64,000 bases of DNA from an uncultured delta proteobacterium. GTDB taxonomy: Bacteria > Desulfobacterota > Desulfobacteria > Desulfobacterales > JAFDCJ01. The notes beneath the pieces were generated by a model that searched no databases, had not been told where the DNA came from, and saw only the letters and a program-made list of their open reading frames with translations. The DNA lies in the NCBI GenBank assembly GCA_963769935.1, contig CAVYNY010000020.1:256001-320000 (forward strand), read 5' to 3'. Both the position numbers and the translations under genes were made by a program. This document shows positions 49,856-60,637 of this stretch, one piece after another (position 1 is the first letter of the stretch; each line of letters begins with the position of its first letter).

Positions 49856-51205
49856 TTACTCTACAAGACCGAATTTTTTTATTTTGCGCCACAGGGTTGA
49901 GCGGGTGATACCGAGAATGGATGCGGCCTTGTCCCGGTGGCCGTCGACGGTTTGCAGCACTTTTGCGATGTGGGCGCGTTCCATTTCTTCCAGGCTTTGC
50001 AGCCCGATGTCATAAGGTGGTTGAAAACCGCCCAGCAACGGGGGCAGGTCAGCAACCTGGATTTCGGTTCCATCGGCCAGGGCGACTGCCCGGGCAATGA
50101 TATTTTCAAGCTCCCGAATATTGCCCGGAAATTCGTATTGCGCCAAAATTTCGCGCGCTTGAACCGAAAACCCACGAACTTCTTTCTTATAAGCGCTTTT
50201 GTACTTGCGCAGGAAATGCTCGGCCAACAGCCACAGATCGCCCTTGCGTTCCACCAGCCGCGGCAGTGAAATTGTCATGACATTCAGTCGAAAAAACAAG
50301 TCCTCACGAAACAGACCTCGGCGCACCTGTTCCTTCAGGTCCCGATTGGATGCGGCCAGAATACGGATGTCCAAATGGACAGGGCGGCTGGCACCCAACC
50401 GGTAGATCTGGCCTTCCTGCAGCACACGCAGAAGCTTGACCTGCATATCGGCCGGCATATCGGCGATTTCGTCCAGCAAAACCGTGCCCCCGTCGGCCGA
50501 TTGGAGCAACCCCGTGCGAGCGACAAAGGCACCGGTGAAGGCGCCTTTTTCGTGGCCAAACAGTTCATTGGCGATCAACTCCGGTGAAAATCCGCCGCAA
50601 TTGAAGGAAACGATCGGCGCCTGGTGCCGGTGGCTGAGCAGGTGAATAACGCGGGCCGCCAGCTCTTTGCCGGTACCGCTCTCGCCCTGGATAATCACGG
50701 GGCAATCCAAGGGGGCAACCTTTTCGATCAGCCGATAGATCTGTTCCATTTCAGGGCTGGTGCCGATGATGCCGGCTTTACCGGCGCTTTGCGCCATCAA
50801 GGCTCGCAGGCTGCTGGCTTCATTGCTGATCTTGATTTTTTCGATAATCCGTGAGATCAAGTTGTCGAACTCGGTGAGCCGGATCGGTTTGGTTAAATAA
50901 TGGAAGGCGCCCGCCCGCACCGCCTCGATGGCCGAATCGATGGAAGCATATCCTGTGATCACAACCACTTCGGTATCACGGTGGCGGGCTTTGACGCGCC
51001 GCAGAATTTCCATGCCGCCCGGACCCGGCAATTTCAGATCGGTAATTACAAGGTCATAGGGTGAAGCCAGAAAGGCGTTTAGAAACGAATTGCCCTCAAA
51101 AAACAGGTCGGCGGGGTAGCCCGACTCGACCAGGTGCTCCTGGAGGCGCAGCCCGGAGATTTTTTCATCCTCGATGATGGCCAGGCGCACCGGTGGTTTA
51201 TCCAT
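49856..51205 (-). CDS. sigma54-dependent response regulator (NtrC family)
   Basis: REC, GESGTGKE, GAFTGA, LLDEI, FPGNIREL, Fis HTH. Confidence 0.95.
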   Translation of the reverse strand: MDKPPVRLAIIEDEKISGLRLQEHLVESGYPADLFFEGNSFLNAFLASPYDLVITDLKLPGPGGMEILRRVKARHRDTEVVVITGYASIDSAIEAVRAGAFHYLTKPIRLTEFDNLISRIIEKIKISNEASSLRALMAQSAGKAGIIGTSPEMEQIYRLIEKVAPLDCPVIIQGESGTGKELAARVIHLLSHRHQAPIVSFNCGGFSPELIANELFGHEKGAFTGAFVARTGLLQSADGGTVLLDEIADMPADMQVKLLRVLQEGQIYRLGASRPVHLDIRILAASNRDLKEQVRRGLFREDLFFRLNVMTISLPRLVERKGDLWLLAEHFLRKYKSAYKKEVRGFSVQAREILAQYEFPGNIRELENIIARAVALADGTEIQVADLPPLLGGFQPPYDIGLQSLEEMERAHIAKVLQTVDGHRDKAASILGITRSTLWRKIKKFGLVE

Positions 51206-52640
51206 CGATCATTTCCTCTTTGGCCGGCAACACAACGGTAAACGTACTTCCTTTCCCGGGGGTACTATCCACGGTGATTCTGCCGCCATGTTTTTTGATG
51301 ATGCCGTAGCTGACCGAAAGACCCAGTCCCGTACCCTTGCCAACCTCTTTGGTCGTGAAAAAAGGATCGAAAATGAAGGGCAGATGTTCTTCAGCAATGC
51401 CGCAGCCTGTATCACGGACATCGATAACGATCTTGCGGTGACTTTCCCTTACAGCCCGAACCAACAGTTCACCACCGGAAGGCATGGCGTGGACCGCATT
51501 TGTCAGCAAATTAATGAAAACCTGCTGCAGGGCCTGGCGGTTGCCCTTGACGACAGGCAGATCGACTGCAAGATCCACCCGCAATTTGATGTTTTTCACC
51601 GCGATTTGGTTTTCCGAGATCTGGATCGTTTCCCGCAGAAGCTGGGCGATATCCAGGTCCTCGATAATGGCCGTATTAGATCGGGAGAAGTCGAGCAGGT
51701 TTTTCACGATCCCGCTGGCCCGCACAGCCTGGGTGAGGATATCGTTCAACATGTCCAGGCGACGCTCCTCACTGATCTTGCGGCCGCCCATCAAGCTGTC
51801 GACGGTCAGAATAATATTGTTGATCGGGTTGTTCAGTTCATGGGCCACACCTGAGACGAGGGTCCCCAGGGATGCGATTTTGCGCGAATGAATGATCTGT
51901 TCCTGGCGGGCTTCGAGTTCCTCGGCCATGCGGTTGAAGGCCAGCACCAGACGATCCACTTCACTTTCGATCCGGGCCGGGTGATGAATCGGGCCGAAAT
52001 CGCCGCGACCGATATTCGTTGTCGCCTGTTCAAGCCTGGTCAATGGTTGGACGACCTTGCGATTCACCAGGACGGCCCCTGCGGTGAAGACAACCAGGAT
52101 CAGGCCCATTGAAATTACGGGCCAGCGCAATGCCCGACGGGCGGCGACATTGACTTGATGATTCCCCTCGTTCAGCAGTTCGTAGGACAGATCGACCAGG
52201 CGTTTGCCGACAGCTCTTATTTTTTCCTGAACCGCTTCGTCCGGGAGCTTCGGCAGGGGAGCTATTGCCAAGGTGTCCAGGACGTTGCCGTAGTCCTGCA
52301 AGGCTGATTCCAAATGCTCCTGGTAGTTTGAATTTTCACCAATTCCTGCATCGTCGGATAGCTTCACTACCATCTGCCGGGCGTGGCTGAACTGGTTGAG
52401 CGTTTCATCGAGATCTGCCCGATCATGGTAGAGGAGAAAATTCTTTTCGTAGCGTCGTATTTCGAGCACCGTGTTGTACAGGTCCTCGCTTTTTTCCAAA
52501 TCCAGGGTAGCCTGGTTGATGCCGTGGATCTCGAAATAGATGATTAAAAAATTGGACAGCCAGATAAGGAAGCTGATCAGCACCAGGGCCCAGAATTTTC
52601 CCCTCAGCCCCAGATTGAACCAAAACCACTTGATAGGCAA
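51198..52640 (-). CDS. HAMP-domain sensor histidine kinase
   Basis: Two TMs, [25 protein letters not shown]1/F/G2 boxes. Confidence 0.93.
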   Translation of the reverse strand: MPIKWFWFNLGLRGKFWALVLISFLIWLSNFLIIYFEIHGINQATLDLEKSEDLYNTVLEIRRYEKNFLLYHDRADLDETLNQFSHARQMVVKLSDDAGIGENSNYQEHLESALQDYGNVLDTLAIAPLPKLPDEAVQEKIRAVGKRLVDLSYELLNEGNHQVNVAARRALRWPVISMGLILVVFTAGAVLVNRKVVQPLTRLEQATTNIGRGDFGPIHHPARIESEVDRLVLAFNRMAEELEARQEQIIHSRKIASLGTLVSGVAHELNNPINNIILTVDSLMGGRKISEERRLDMLNDILTQAVRASGIVKNLLDFSRSNTAIIEDLDIAQLLRETIQISENQIAVKNIKLRVDLAVDLPVVKGNRQALQQVFINLLTNAVHAMPSGGELLVRAVRESHRKIVIDVRDTGCGIAEEHLPFIFDPFFTTKEVGKGTGLGLSVSYGIIKKHGGRITVDSTPGKGSTFTVVLPAKEEMIDG

Positions 52641-53089
52641 TGTATCTCTCCCCGCTAGTCTTTGCCGCGGCGCTATTCGGCAGATCCCGGCCCATGGCTC
52701 CTTAGGGCCCTTTACCTTGTGAAAATAAGAACTTGCTTCAAACGGGGGCGAGTATGTCAGGAGTGCGGCTGTGTGTCAATACCCAGATCCATTTCGACTT
52801 CCATGCCCAATCCGCTTTTACGACAAAACGATCCTGTCCCCTCACATAGGCGGCCTTAATATCTACGTCCTCCTGATATTCGGAGAGGGGCCCTGCAGCC
52901 CGCAGAAGCGATCACGAAAAAGACATCAACCCTTACCCGAAAAAATGTCTTGACCGGCATTCAATCGTCCGGTAAATCATTCAATGTGAAATTATGTCAC
53001 CTATTGTGAATAGGTAAAATTTCAACTTCGTCTCACCTCAACCTCATGGTTGCCACTAAAGAAAAATATTACCAAACAGCATCCCTGGA

Positions 53090-53326
53090 GAAATTCTGCG
53101 TGTTGATGCACCGCTCGGATCCTGGGCGCCTGCCTGCTGTGCGGCTCTCGGCAAGTCGAGATTGGCCTACCTTCCCCAGGATGAGCTCGAGGCATGTTTA
53201 TAAGATGTAAAACTTGTGCCCCACAGCCCCAGAACAATTACTTTCAAGAAAAGATTTCGACAGGAGCTGATCAAGGTTCTTCAGCAGGGATACGCCTTTA
53301 ACTATAAACTGGAACTTGACTATTAA
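53090..53326 (+). pseudogene. Remnant of IclR-family regulator effector domain
   Basis: EILRVDAPLGSWAPACCAALGKSRLAYLPQDELEACL*DVKLVPHSPRTITFKKRFRQELIKVLQQGYAF matches the IclR G.R.P...TA.GK..LA...T..T......EL...R.RGYA pattern; in-frame TAA at 53201. Confidence 0.72.
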
Positions 53327-53340
53327 GAAAGGTTATTGCC

Positions 53341-54192
53341 ATGGCTACCAAAAAATTAACACGCTTTGATTTGCAGAAAATGAAAGATGCCGGCCAGCCG
53401 GCCGTGTGGATTACGGCCTACGATTACTGGACCGCCCAATTTGCCGAGCAGGCCGGCATGGATATGATCCTGGTCGGCGATTCACTGGGGATGTGCGTAT
53501 ATGGCTACGCGGGGACCGTGCCCGTGACCATGGACCAGTGTATCTATCACTGCGAGGCGGTGCGCCGGGGCGCAGCCAATACCTTCGTCATCGGGGACAT
53601 GCCGTTTCTATCCTACCAGGTCAGCGTCCCGGAGGCGGTGCTCAATGCCGGCCGGTTTTATAAAGCGGCCAACATGGATGCCGTCAAACTGGAAGGCGGC
53701 CGGCGCGTCTGTCCCCAGATAAAGGCGATTGCCGACGCCGGTATGCTGGTGATGGGGCACATCGGACTGACCCCGCAAAGTTCCGGACAACTCGGTGGCT
53801 TTAAAGCCCAGGGGCGCACGAAAGAAACGGCGCTGGAGCTGATCGAGGATGCCAGGGCCATCGAAGCGGCCGGAGCCTATGCCCTTCTGGTGGAAGCCGT
53901 TCCGCCGGAAGTGTGCGGGATCATCCGCGAAAGCCTGTCCATCCCGGTATATAGCATCGGCGCCGGTATCGAGGCCGATGGACAGCTGATGATTTGCAGC
54001 GACGTTCTGGGAATTTTCCAGGCGTTTACGCCCAAATTCGTTAAAAAGTACGAAAATCTGGCGGAAAAAACCATCAAGGCCTTTACGGCTTATGTCGAAG
54101 AGGCGCGCCGGGGTGAATTTCCGCGCGATGAGCACAGCTATAAAATGGTCGAAGGCGAGCTGAAGAAATTAAAAGAGGCGCTGGGACGTTGA
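53341..54192 (+). CDS. panB: 3-methyl-2-oxobutanoate hydroxymethyltransferase family
   Basis: TAYD, LVGDSLG, GDMPFLSY, VKLEGG, GHIGLTPQ, IGAG...DGQ, PKFVK. Confidence 0.92.
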   Translation: MATKKLTRFDLQKMKDAGQPAVWITAYDYWTAQFAEQAGMDMILVGDSLGMCVYGYAGTVPVTMDQCIYHCEAVRRGAANTFVIGDMPFLSYQVSVPEAVLNAGRFYKAANMDAVKLEGGRRVCPQIKAIADAGMLVMGHIGLTPQSSGQLGGFKAQGRTKETALELIEDARAIEAAGAYALLVEAVPPEVCGIIRESLSIPVYSIGAGIEADGQLMICSDVLGIFQAFTPKFVKKYENLAEKTIKAFTAYVEEARRGEFPRDEHSYKMVEGELKKLKEALGR

Positions 54193-54323
54193 TAGCGGGC
54201 ACAAGCCGGCCGGGTTGCACCGGCCGGCCTGTTTCTCAGCGGGAGCCCGGGCGTTGCGAGGATCGGGATGAGTCCGCGGCCAATCGAATTTTAAACGGTA
54301 TCACTAAATGAGGAGCCGCTGTC

Positions 54324-55271
54324 GTGTCAGAAGTGCTGAATAAAATTCGCAATTTTATGGAAAAAGAGGGCATCCCCGGCCGGGATGCCTATGAACTGCC
54401 GACATCCCCCAAAACGTTTCCCGACGGCGCCAACTACCGGATCGAAATTGCCGGCGTCGAACGGGCATCAACCATGGAAGCCATGATCGATGAAGCCCGC
54501 AAAAGAAACCTGGCTGTCCACCGCGTCATCGCCGCCGTCGGCGGTTCGACCTATTGTGATTTCGCGGAGCTGGAAGCCATGGCCCAGATGGCCCGCGAGG
54601 AGAAAATCGAGGTGGTGATGACCGTCGGCCATCGCAAGGGCTGGGATGTCGGGGCCAGGGAAAGCGCGACCCCCGAGGGTGCGCTGCAGGCTTTCAGGCT
54701 GCGGGGATCGGATCATATTTCTTACCACATCGCCGATATTATGCGCAGCATTGAGGCCGGTCATCGGGGCTTTCTGGTTTATGACGAAGGGGTCCTTTAT
54801 CTGCTGAACAAAATGCGGCAGGAGGGCCTGATTCCCGCGGAGACGATCTTCAAGTTCTCGGTCTTCGGCGGGTACTGCAGCGCGGCCGGCGCCAAGGTGA
54901 TTGAATCGATGGGTGCCAACTCCCTGAACCCGTCGTCGGATGTCTCCCTGCCGATTCTGGGCGGCATCCGCCGAACCGTCGACATCACCCTGGATGTCTA
55001 CATCATCATTGTGGACTCCTTCGGCGGCATGTTCAGGGCGTACGAGGCACCTGAAATCGCCCGGATTGCCTCACCCTGTTATCTCAAGTTCGAACCGGGC
55101 ACCTCCGAAGGTGATATCTACAAACCCTGGGTAGCGGAGGCCTGGCATCAAGGGCTCATCCGTGAAAAGGTTAAAATTGCCGCCATCGTGCAGGAGATCA
55201 TGCAGCGGCATGCGCCGGAGCTGAAAGCGTCGCCGAAAGGACCTGCTGATCTGGTTCTGCCGGCGGTATAG
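54324..55271 (+). CDS. Uncharacterised TIM-barrel-like protein (possibly U32-peptidase-related)
   Basis: 315 aa, GAGGAG RBS; FPDGANYRIEI, GFLVYDEG, FKFSV, GANSLN; family assignment tentative. Confidence 0.6.
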   Translation: MSEVLNKIRNFMEKEGIPGRDAYELPTSPKTFPDGANYRIEIAGVERASTMEAMIDEARKRNLAVHRVIAAVGGSTYCDFAELEAMAQMAREEKIEVVMTVGHRKGWDVGARESATPEGALQAFRLRGSDHISYHIADIMRSIEAGHRGFLVYDEGVLYLLNKMRQEGLIPAETIFKFSVFGGYCSAAGAKVIESMGANSLNPSSDVSLPILGGIRRTVDITLDVYIIIVDSFGGMFRAYEAPEIARIASPCYLKFEPGTSEGDIYKPWVAEAWHQGLIREKVKIAAIVQEIMQRHAPELKASPKGPADLVLPAV

Positions 55272-55336
55272 CAGAGAATGGTTTTCTTAGTATTGAAGGT
55301 AAATTGGGTTTCCAGAGGCATATGAATGCCTGGAAC

Positions 55337-55438
55337 TTGGAGTACTGTAATGATGGAGTATTGGAGTATTGAAAAAGGGACATCAAATCCTTCGTCATTA
55401 CTCCAACACTCCGGTACTCCAATACTCCAATACTCCAA
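55337..55438. repeat. Inverted array of 8-bp units (TTGGAGTA / TACTCCAA)
   Basis: TTGGAGTA-like units on the left, five (T/C)ACTCC(AA)-type units on the right. Confidence 0.75.
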
Positions 55439-55510
55439 ATAAATTTAAGATTAAAACCTCAGAAATAGGACACTTTTATCGCAAACCTTACTTAGCTCCA
55501 GGAAACATGG

Positions 55511-56743
55511 ATGAATATGGAAAACGCACTGGCAAGTAGAAGCCATGCGGTGGAATGGTCGGGGATTCGAGTGATGTTTGCGCTGGCGGATGAGATTCCG
55601 GGTGTGATCAACCTTGGTATCGGTCAGCCGGATTTTGATACGCCGGCCTTTATTCGCGAGGCGGCTAAAGAAGCGCTGGACCAGGGTTTCACCCGCTATC
55701 CGCCGGCGAAAGGGTTCCAGGATTTAAGAGAGGCCATCGCCGACAAGCTCAAGGCCGAAAACAACATCGTCGCCGATCCGGCTACGGAAATTTTCGTGGC
55801 GGTGGGGGCCATGCAGGTCATCTTCAACACCATGCTGCACCTGGTGGAACCCGGCCAGGAAGTCATTCTCATCGATCCCGGCTACGATTATTACTCGCAG
55901 ATCAGGCTTTTCGGCGGGGTGCCGGTGCCGGTGCCGGCCTACGAGCAAAATCTGTTTAAAGTCGATCCGGCCGACATCGCCGCCGCTGTGTCGCCCAGAA
56001 CCAAACTCATCATTCTCAACTCGCCGTCCAATCCCACCGGCGCCATGTTCGACGCCGGCATCCTGGCCGAAATCGCCCGCATCGCCCGGGATCACGACCT
56101 CTATGTGCTCTCCGACGAACCCTATGAGCATATCCTGTTTGACGGCAATCAGCACGTCAGTATCGCCGCCTTCGACGGAATGAAGGCCAGAACCGTTTCC
56201 GCCTACACCTTGTCCAAGTCCTATGCCATGACCGGGTGGCGGGTGGGGTATGCGGTCGCGCCGAAGGCCTTGATCGATGAGATGGAAAAGCTGATGGAGC
56301 ATATGGTTTCGGGGGTCACCGCCGTGGCCCAGCGCGCCGCCCTGGCAGCCATTAGCGCCCCCCAGGACTGTGTGCGGGAGATGGTGGCCGAATACGACCG
56401 CCGCCGAAAAATCATTCATGAAGGCCTGAACACCATCGACGGCATCTCGTGCATCCGGCCGGAATCCACTTTTTATGCGTTTCCGAACATATCCGGCTGC
56501 GGGTTAAGCTCCTGGGATTTTGCCAAGTATCTTGTACGGGAGCACAAGGTAGCCGTGGTGCCGGGCAGCATCTTCGGCCAAAGAGGGGAGGGATACGTGC
56601 GGATAAGCTTTGCCGCATCGGCGGCGAGTTTACAAGAGGCGCTTGCCAGGATGGAAAAAGGCGTTGCCGCGCTGCACGGCCAGACGGCCGGCAAAGGGCG
56701 GCGGCAATCCCGGCATCCGGCCGGAGACGGATGGCGCAGTTAA
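55511..56743 (+). CDS. Class I/II PLP aminotransferase (aspartate aminotransferase-like)
   Basis: LGIGQPDF, NSPSNPTG, SDEPY, SKSYAMTGWRVG, VPGSIFG. Confidence 0.92.
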   Translation: MNMENALASRSHAVEWSGIRVMFALADEIPGVINLGIGQPDFDTPAFIREAAKEALDQGFTRYPPAKGFQDLREAIADKLKAENNIVADPATEIFVAVGAMQVIFNTMLHLVEPGQEVILIDPGYDYYSQIRLFGGVPVPVPAYEQNLFKVDPADIAAAVSPRTKLIILNSPSNPTGAMFDAGILAEIARIARDHDLYVLSDEPYEHILFDGNQHVSIAAFDGMKARTVSAYTLSKSYAMTGWRVGYAVAPKALIDEMEKLMEHMVSGVTAVAQRAALAAISAPQDCVREMVAEYDRRRKIIHEGLNTIDGISCIRPESTFYAFPNISGCGLSSWDFAKYLVREHKVAVVPGSIFGQRGEGYVRISFAASAASLQEALARMEKGVAALHGQTAGKGRRQSRHPAGDGWRS

Positions 56744-56805
56744 ACCGGCGTGGTCAGCCCGGCTCAGCACCCGTTCCTGTGCCGGCGATTCGGTTGATTT
56801 ACATT

Positions 56806-58671
56806 TCAAGCGACAATTTTTACCACAACCAGCGTAACATCGTCTTCCTGCTTCGCGGCTCCCCGAAAATCCTTCAACGATGCCAAGATGGCCTCAAGCA
56901 ACCTTTCGGAAGAATAGGCGGCATGCTCACGAATGAGAGCGGCCAGGCGTGTTTTGCTGAACATCCGGCCGGAATCATCCCGGGTTTCCCAGATGCCATC
57001 GGTTCCGATCAGAAGGATCTGCCCCTCCGACAAACTCGTTTTGACGCTCTGCCGATATGTATAGTCGGCATCAACCCCGAGGGCCATACCTTCTGCGCCC
57101 AGTTCCTCGACGGCGTCCGAGGACGGGTCGTAAAAAAGGGCGGGATCATGGCCGGCCCGCACCCATTGCAGAGATTTTGAAGAAGGATCGATTTCGGCAT
57201 AGAACAGGGTCATGAAATGGCCGCTTTCCCGCGTATCGGCGGTGACCAGACGGTTTACATCTGTGATGATTTCAGTGGCATCGCCGGGCTGGGTCACCCG
57301 ACACCTCAAAAATGCCCGCGCCGTCGCCATCAGCAAGGCCGCCGAAATTCCGTGCCCCGAGACATCGCCGACAACCAGACCTAAGTGGTTCGAATCCCGG
57401 CAGCAAACCTCCAGAAAATCATAGTAATCTCCCCCGGTTTCATCGCAATAAAGGCTGCGCCCTGCGATATCCAATCCCGGCATTGCTTTGGATTTCTGCG
57501 GCAGCAGATTCTGCTGAACTTCCATGGCCAGATCCAGGGCCGCCTTGAGCCGGACGCGCTCTTTGAGCTGTTCCATCATGGTATTGAAACTTCGCGTCAG
57601 GTCGCCGACCTCATCCCGGGTTTTAACCGGCAGCGGCTGGTCGAAATCACCCCGGGCAATCCGGTCGGCCGCCCGGGATACTTCTTTGATCGCAGAGACC
57701 GTCCGCCCCGTCACCAATTTCATCAGCAGTAGAATTAAAAGAATAAATCCGGCGCCGGTAATGAGATAGTAAAGTCGAAAGCGCACTATGGGGGCTAGAA
57801 TTTTTCTGCCCGGTGCGATCATCACCAGCGTCCAGGGCGCTTCCTGCAGTTTGTAAAAGCCGCTCACCTCGGCGGGCGGATGACCGCTGCCAAGCAACGT
57901 CCCATAGGGTTCTGATTTGATGGCCTTCATGGTTTCGCTTTCCAGGGGCTCCTTGGTTTCCGCCAATCCATATCGTTCTCCCGGAACCGTACCGGTGAGT
58001 ATTTTTCCGCGATCATCCACCAGAAAGCCCTCGTTGCTTTGCCACCAGCTACTGGTAACGACATTCCTCACCAGGTAGTCAAAACTCAGGACGACCGTCA
58101 ACCGACCGATGTTTTGGCCTTTTTGATCGAGCAAATCCGACACCAGCGATACAGTTTGATTCTCTATGGGGGCATCAAACCGCGGCGGCGTAATTTCACC
58201 GATGCGAGTCCGGTGGAAACGCTGCATCTGCCTCATCATTTCAGTCATATCGTCGCGGCCGCCCATCATGCCACGGCCCATGTCGGATTCGGGACCCATC
58301 ATGTCCGGCTGCCTTGGCGTCGTGTAATCGGCGGTATTGTTCTGCCAGGTCAAATCAACCCGCACGACGCCTTCCTGAGCTCTCAGCTGATCTACCAGCC
58401 ATTGGAAAATGATTTCAGGGCGGCTGCTTTCGCCGGCGGTATCCAGAGACTGGATCCAAATGCGGATGCGGCTGATATGCATGTCCACCTGGTGAGCGCC
58501 GCGCTGTAGTTTCAGGACGGCGGCTTCCTGCCACTGCGAAAGCAGCGCGTCTCTGGCATAAACGAAACCGGCAATACCCATGCCGATCAATAGCAAGGCC
58601 ACCGGCAGGATCAAAAACAGCGAAAGACGCTGTTGCAAGCTCTTGGGGTGTATCACGATGAAGTCCTCCAA
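56806..58671 (-). CDS. Membrane PP2C/SpoIIE (RsbU-like) phosphatase with Cache-like and HAMP domains
   Basis: Two TMs, HAMP, VQQNLLP, GGDYYD, GDVSGHG, RAGH, TDG, DDVT. Confidence 0.92.
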   Translation of the reverse strand: MEDFIVIHPKSLQQRLSLFLILPVALLLIGMGIAGFVYARDALLSQWQEAAVLKLQRGAHQVDMHISRIRIWIQSLDTAGESSRPEIIFQWLVDQLRAQEGVVRVDLTWQNNTADYTTPRQPDMMGPESDMGRGMMGGRDDMTEMMRQMQRFHRTRIGEITPPRFDAPIENQTVSLVSDLLDQKGQNIGRLTVVLSFDYLVRNVVTSSWWQSNEGFLVDDRGKILTGTVPGERYGLAETKEPLESETMKAIKSEPYGTLLGSGHPPAEVSGFYKLQEAPWTLVMIAPGRKILAPIVRFRLYYLITGAGFILLILLLMKLVTGRTVSAIKEVSRAADRIARGDFDQPLPVKTRDEVGDLTRSFNTMMEQLKERVRLKAALDLAMEVQQNLLPQKSKAMPGLDIAGRSLYCDETGGDYYDFLEVCCRDSNHLGLVVGDVSGHGISAALLMATARAFLRCRVTQPGDATEIITDVNRLVTADTRESGHFMTLFYAEIDPSSKSLQWVRAGHDPALFYDPSSDAVEELGAEGMALGVDADYTYRQSVKTSLSEGQILLIGTDGIWETRDDSGRMFSKTRLAALIREHAAYSSERLLEAILASLKDFRGAAKQEDDVTLVVVKIVA

Positions 58672-59196
58672 CTTTTGACGGAAACTCCCGGCGATTTAAG
58701 CGATCCAGCAGAAATGAATACTTGCAGGCAATATAAGTGGCAATGTATCGATTTTCAAGTTATGAATAGAATTCGGCCGCCAGAGGATTCTTGACTGCTT
58801 CCGGCCATTATACCCAAAAATGCATTTTTTAATGTTTTTTTATGGGAAAGTTTGCTTAATAAATAAGCTTGTGTCAATAAAAAAGGTTGGCCAGCCATCG
58901 GAAGAAGAGAGCGAAGCAAGATTATTTCGGCGGAGTTTTTATTGGCCCATTTACGCCGCAGCTTGATTACCGGCCTGAGGTACTACCTTTATGGACTGAA
59001 TATACATTATTGACCCCATTTAAAAATAGGTTGAAGAGGCCCAGCATAATTCCTTTTTGCAACTAAATTTTCTTTGTTCATGACTGTCCGGCGGTTAAAG
59101 TTTTGATTCATTTGGAAAACGGAATACTCTCTCTGGAGCTGCGACCCGGAAGCGGGGATGGCTGCCGTCAACAAATGACGCCGCTCTTAAGGACCG

Positions 59197-60537
59197 ATGA
59201 TGTCGGATGCAAAAGATAAGGTTGGCGGCACAAACGGTTTTAAGCGAATTTTTCGGACTCTATCCTCCAGAAACTACCGGCTTTTTTTTACCGGCCAGAG
59301 CATATCGCTGATCGGCACCTGGATGCAGCGCGTGGCGCTGAGCTGGCTGGTATACCACCTGACTTCTTCGGAGTTTTTGCTGGGACTCGTTTCGTTTCTC
59401 GGACTTATTCCGGTATTCGTGCTTTCGCCGTTTGCCGGCGTGCTGGCCGATCGGCTCCACCGGCTGCATTTGCTGATCGCAACCCAGGCTTTGGCCATGC
59501 TGCAGGCTTTATTACTGGCGGTATTGGTGATGACCGGGCTCATCAGGATCGGGCATGTGATGGTGTTGGCCGCATTTTTAGGCCTGATCAATGCGTTCGA
59601 TACGCCGATCCGACAGGCGTTTACCGCTGAACTGATCGAAAAAAAAGAAGATCTGGGTAATGCCATCGCTTTAAATTCGGCGATGTTCAACGGCGCGCGG
59701 ATGGTGGGCCCGACCCTGGCAGGGCTGCTGATCGCCCTCTTCGGGGAAGGGTTTTGCTTCCTGCTCAACGGGCTCAGCTACGTGGCTGTTTTAACGGCCT
59801 TGCTGCGTATGAGAATCCCCCCCACGGTGAAGACGGGACACAAGCAAAAGCTGCTGAAAGGGTTGAAGGAAGGGTTTTTTTATTCTTTCGGTTTTGCTCC
59901 GATCAAGGCTGTTCTTTTCCTGCTGATGGCGGTCAGTATAATGGGTATGCCCTATATGGTGTTAATGCCGGTTTTTGCCAAAGACATTCTCCATGGAGGC
60001 TCCCGTACCCTCGGCTTACTCATGGGTGCGGCCGGTGCGGGCGCCTTGTGCGGCGCGGTATATCTGGCACAGCGCAAATCGGTCGCCGGTCTGGAACGCG
60101 TGATTCCGGTAATGGCCGGACTATTCAGCCTGGGACTGATCGGTTTTGCGCTGTCGCGTAATCAATGGCTGTCCTTATTGCTGCTTTTCATTATCGGATT
60201 CGGGCTGATGGTCCAAATGGCTTCAAGCAACACCATTTTGCAGACTATCGTCGACGACGATAAACGCGGCCGAGTGATGAGCTTTTATGTGATGGGCGTC
60301 ATGGGGACAACGCCCATCGGCAGCCTGCTGGCCGGAGCAGCAGCCGGCCGGCTGGGAACACCGGAGACACTGATTATCGGAGGGGGTTGCTGCCTGGTGG
60401 GCGCTCTGCTTTTTACATTTAAACTGCGGGCAATCAGGGAATTAATTCGTCCGATATATATCGAAAAGGGGATCATTTCCGAAGTGGCGCTCGGCCTGCA
60501 AGCGGCTGCCCAGTGGCCGAAGCCGCCGGCCGGTTGA
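59197..60537 (+). CDS. MFS transporter (MFS_3-like)
   Basis: GQSISLIGTWMQ, AGVLADR, NAIALNS, RGRVMS. Confidence 0.9.
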   Translation: MMSDAKDKVGGTNGFKRIFRTLSSRNYRLFFTGQSISLIGTWMQRVALSWLVYHLTSSEFLLGLVSFLGLIPVFVLSPFAGVLADRLHRLHLLIATQALAMLQALLLAVLVMTGLIRIGHVMVLAAFLGLINAFDTPIRQAFTAELIEKKEDLGNAIALNSAMFNGARMVGPTLAGLLIALFGEGFCFLLNGLSYVAVLTALLRMRIPPTVKTGHKQKLLKGLKEGFFYSFGFAPIKAVLFLLMAVSIMGMPYMVLMPVFAKDILHGGSRTLGLLMGAAGAGALCGAVYLAQRKSVAGLERVIPVMAGLFSLGLIGFALSRNQWLSLLLLFIIGFGLMVQMASSNTILQTIVDDDKRGRVMSFYVMGVMGTTPIGSLLAGAAAGRLGTPETLIIGGGCCLVGALLFTFKLRAIRELIRPIYIEKGIISEVALGLQAAAQWPKPPAG

Positions 60538-60637
60538 ATAGACAGGGTATTTCAAATCGAAGGCGAGGCGTGCACCGCTGCAATTTGAGTCTCAGCGGGT
60601 CCATTTCGAGGTCAAAGGGCAAAAGTACCCGTCTAAG

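Noticed and set aside
48822..49892. Long antisense ORFs (e.g. 48822-49892, 36234-37322, 32288-33115, 18720-19547)
   Set aside because: Shadows of well-supported opposite-strand genes in GC-rich DNA; no motifs
53040..53340. pan RNA motif or riboswitch upstream of panB
   Set aside because: Region is better explained as an IclR coding remnant
55337..55438. CRISPR array
   Set aside because: Units are 8 bp without unique spacers; no cas genes
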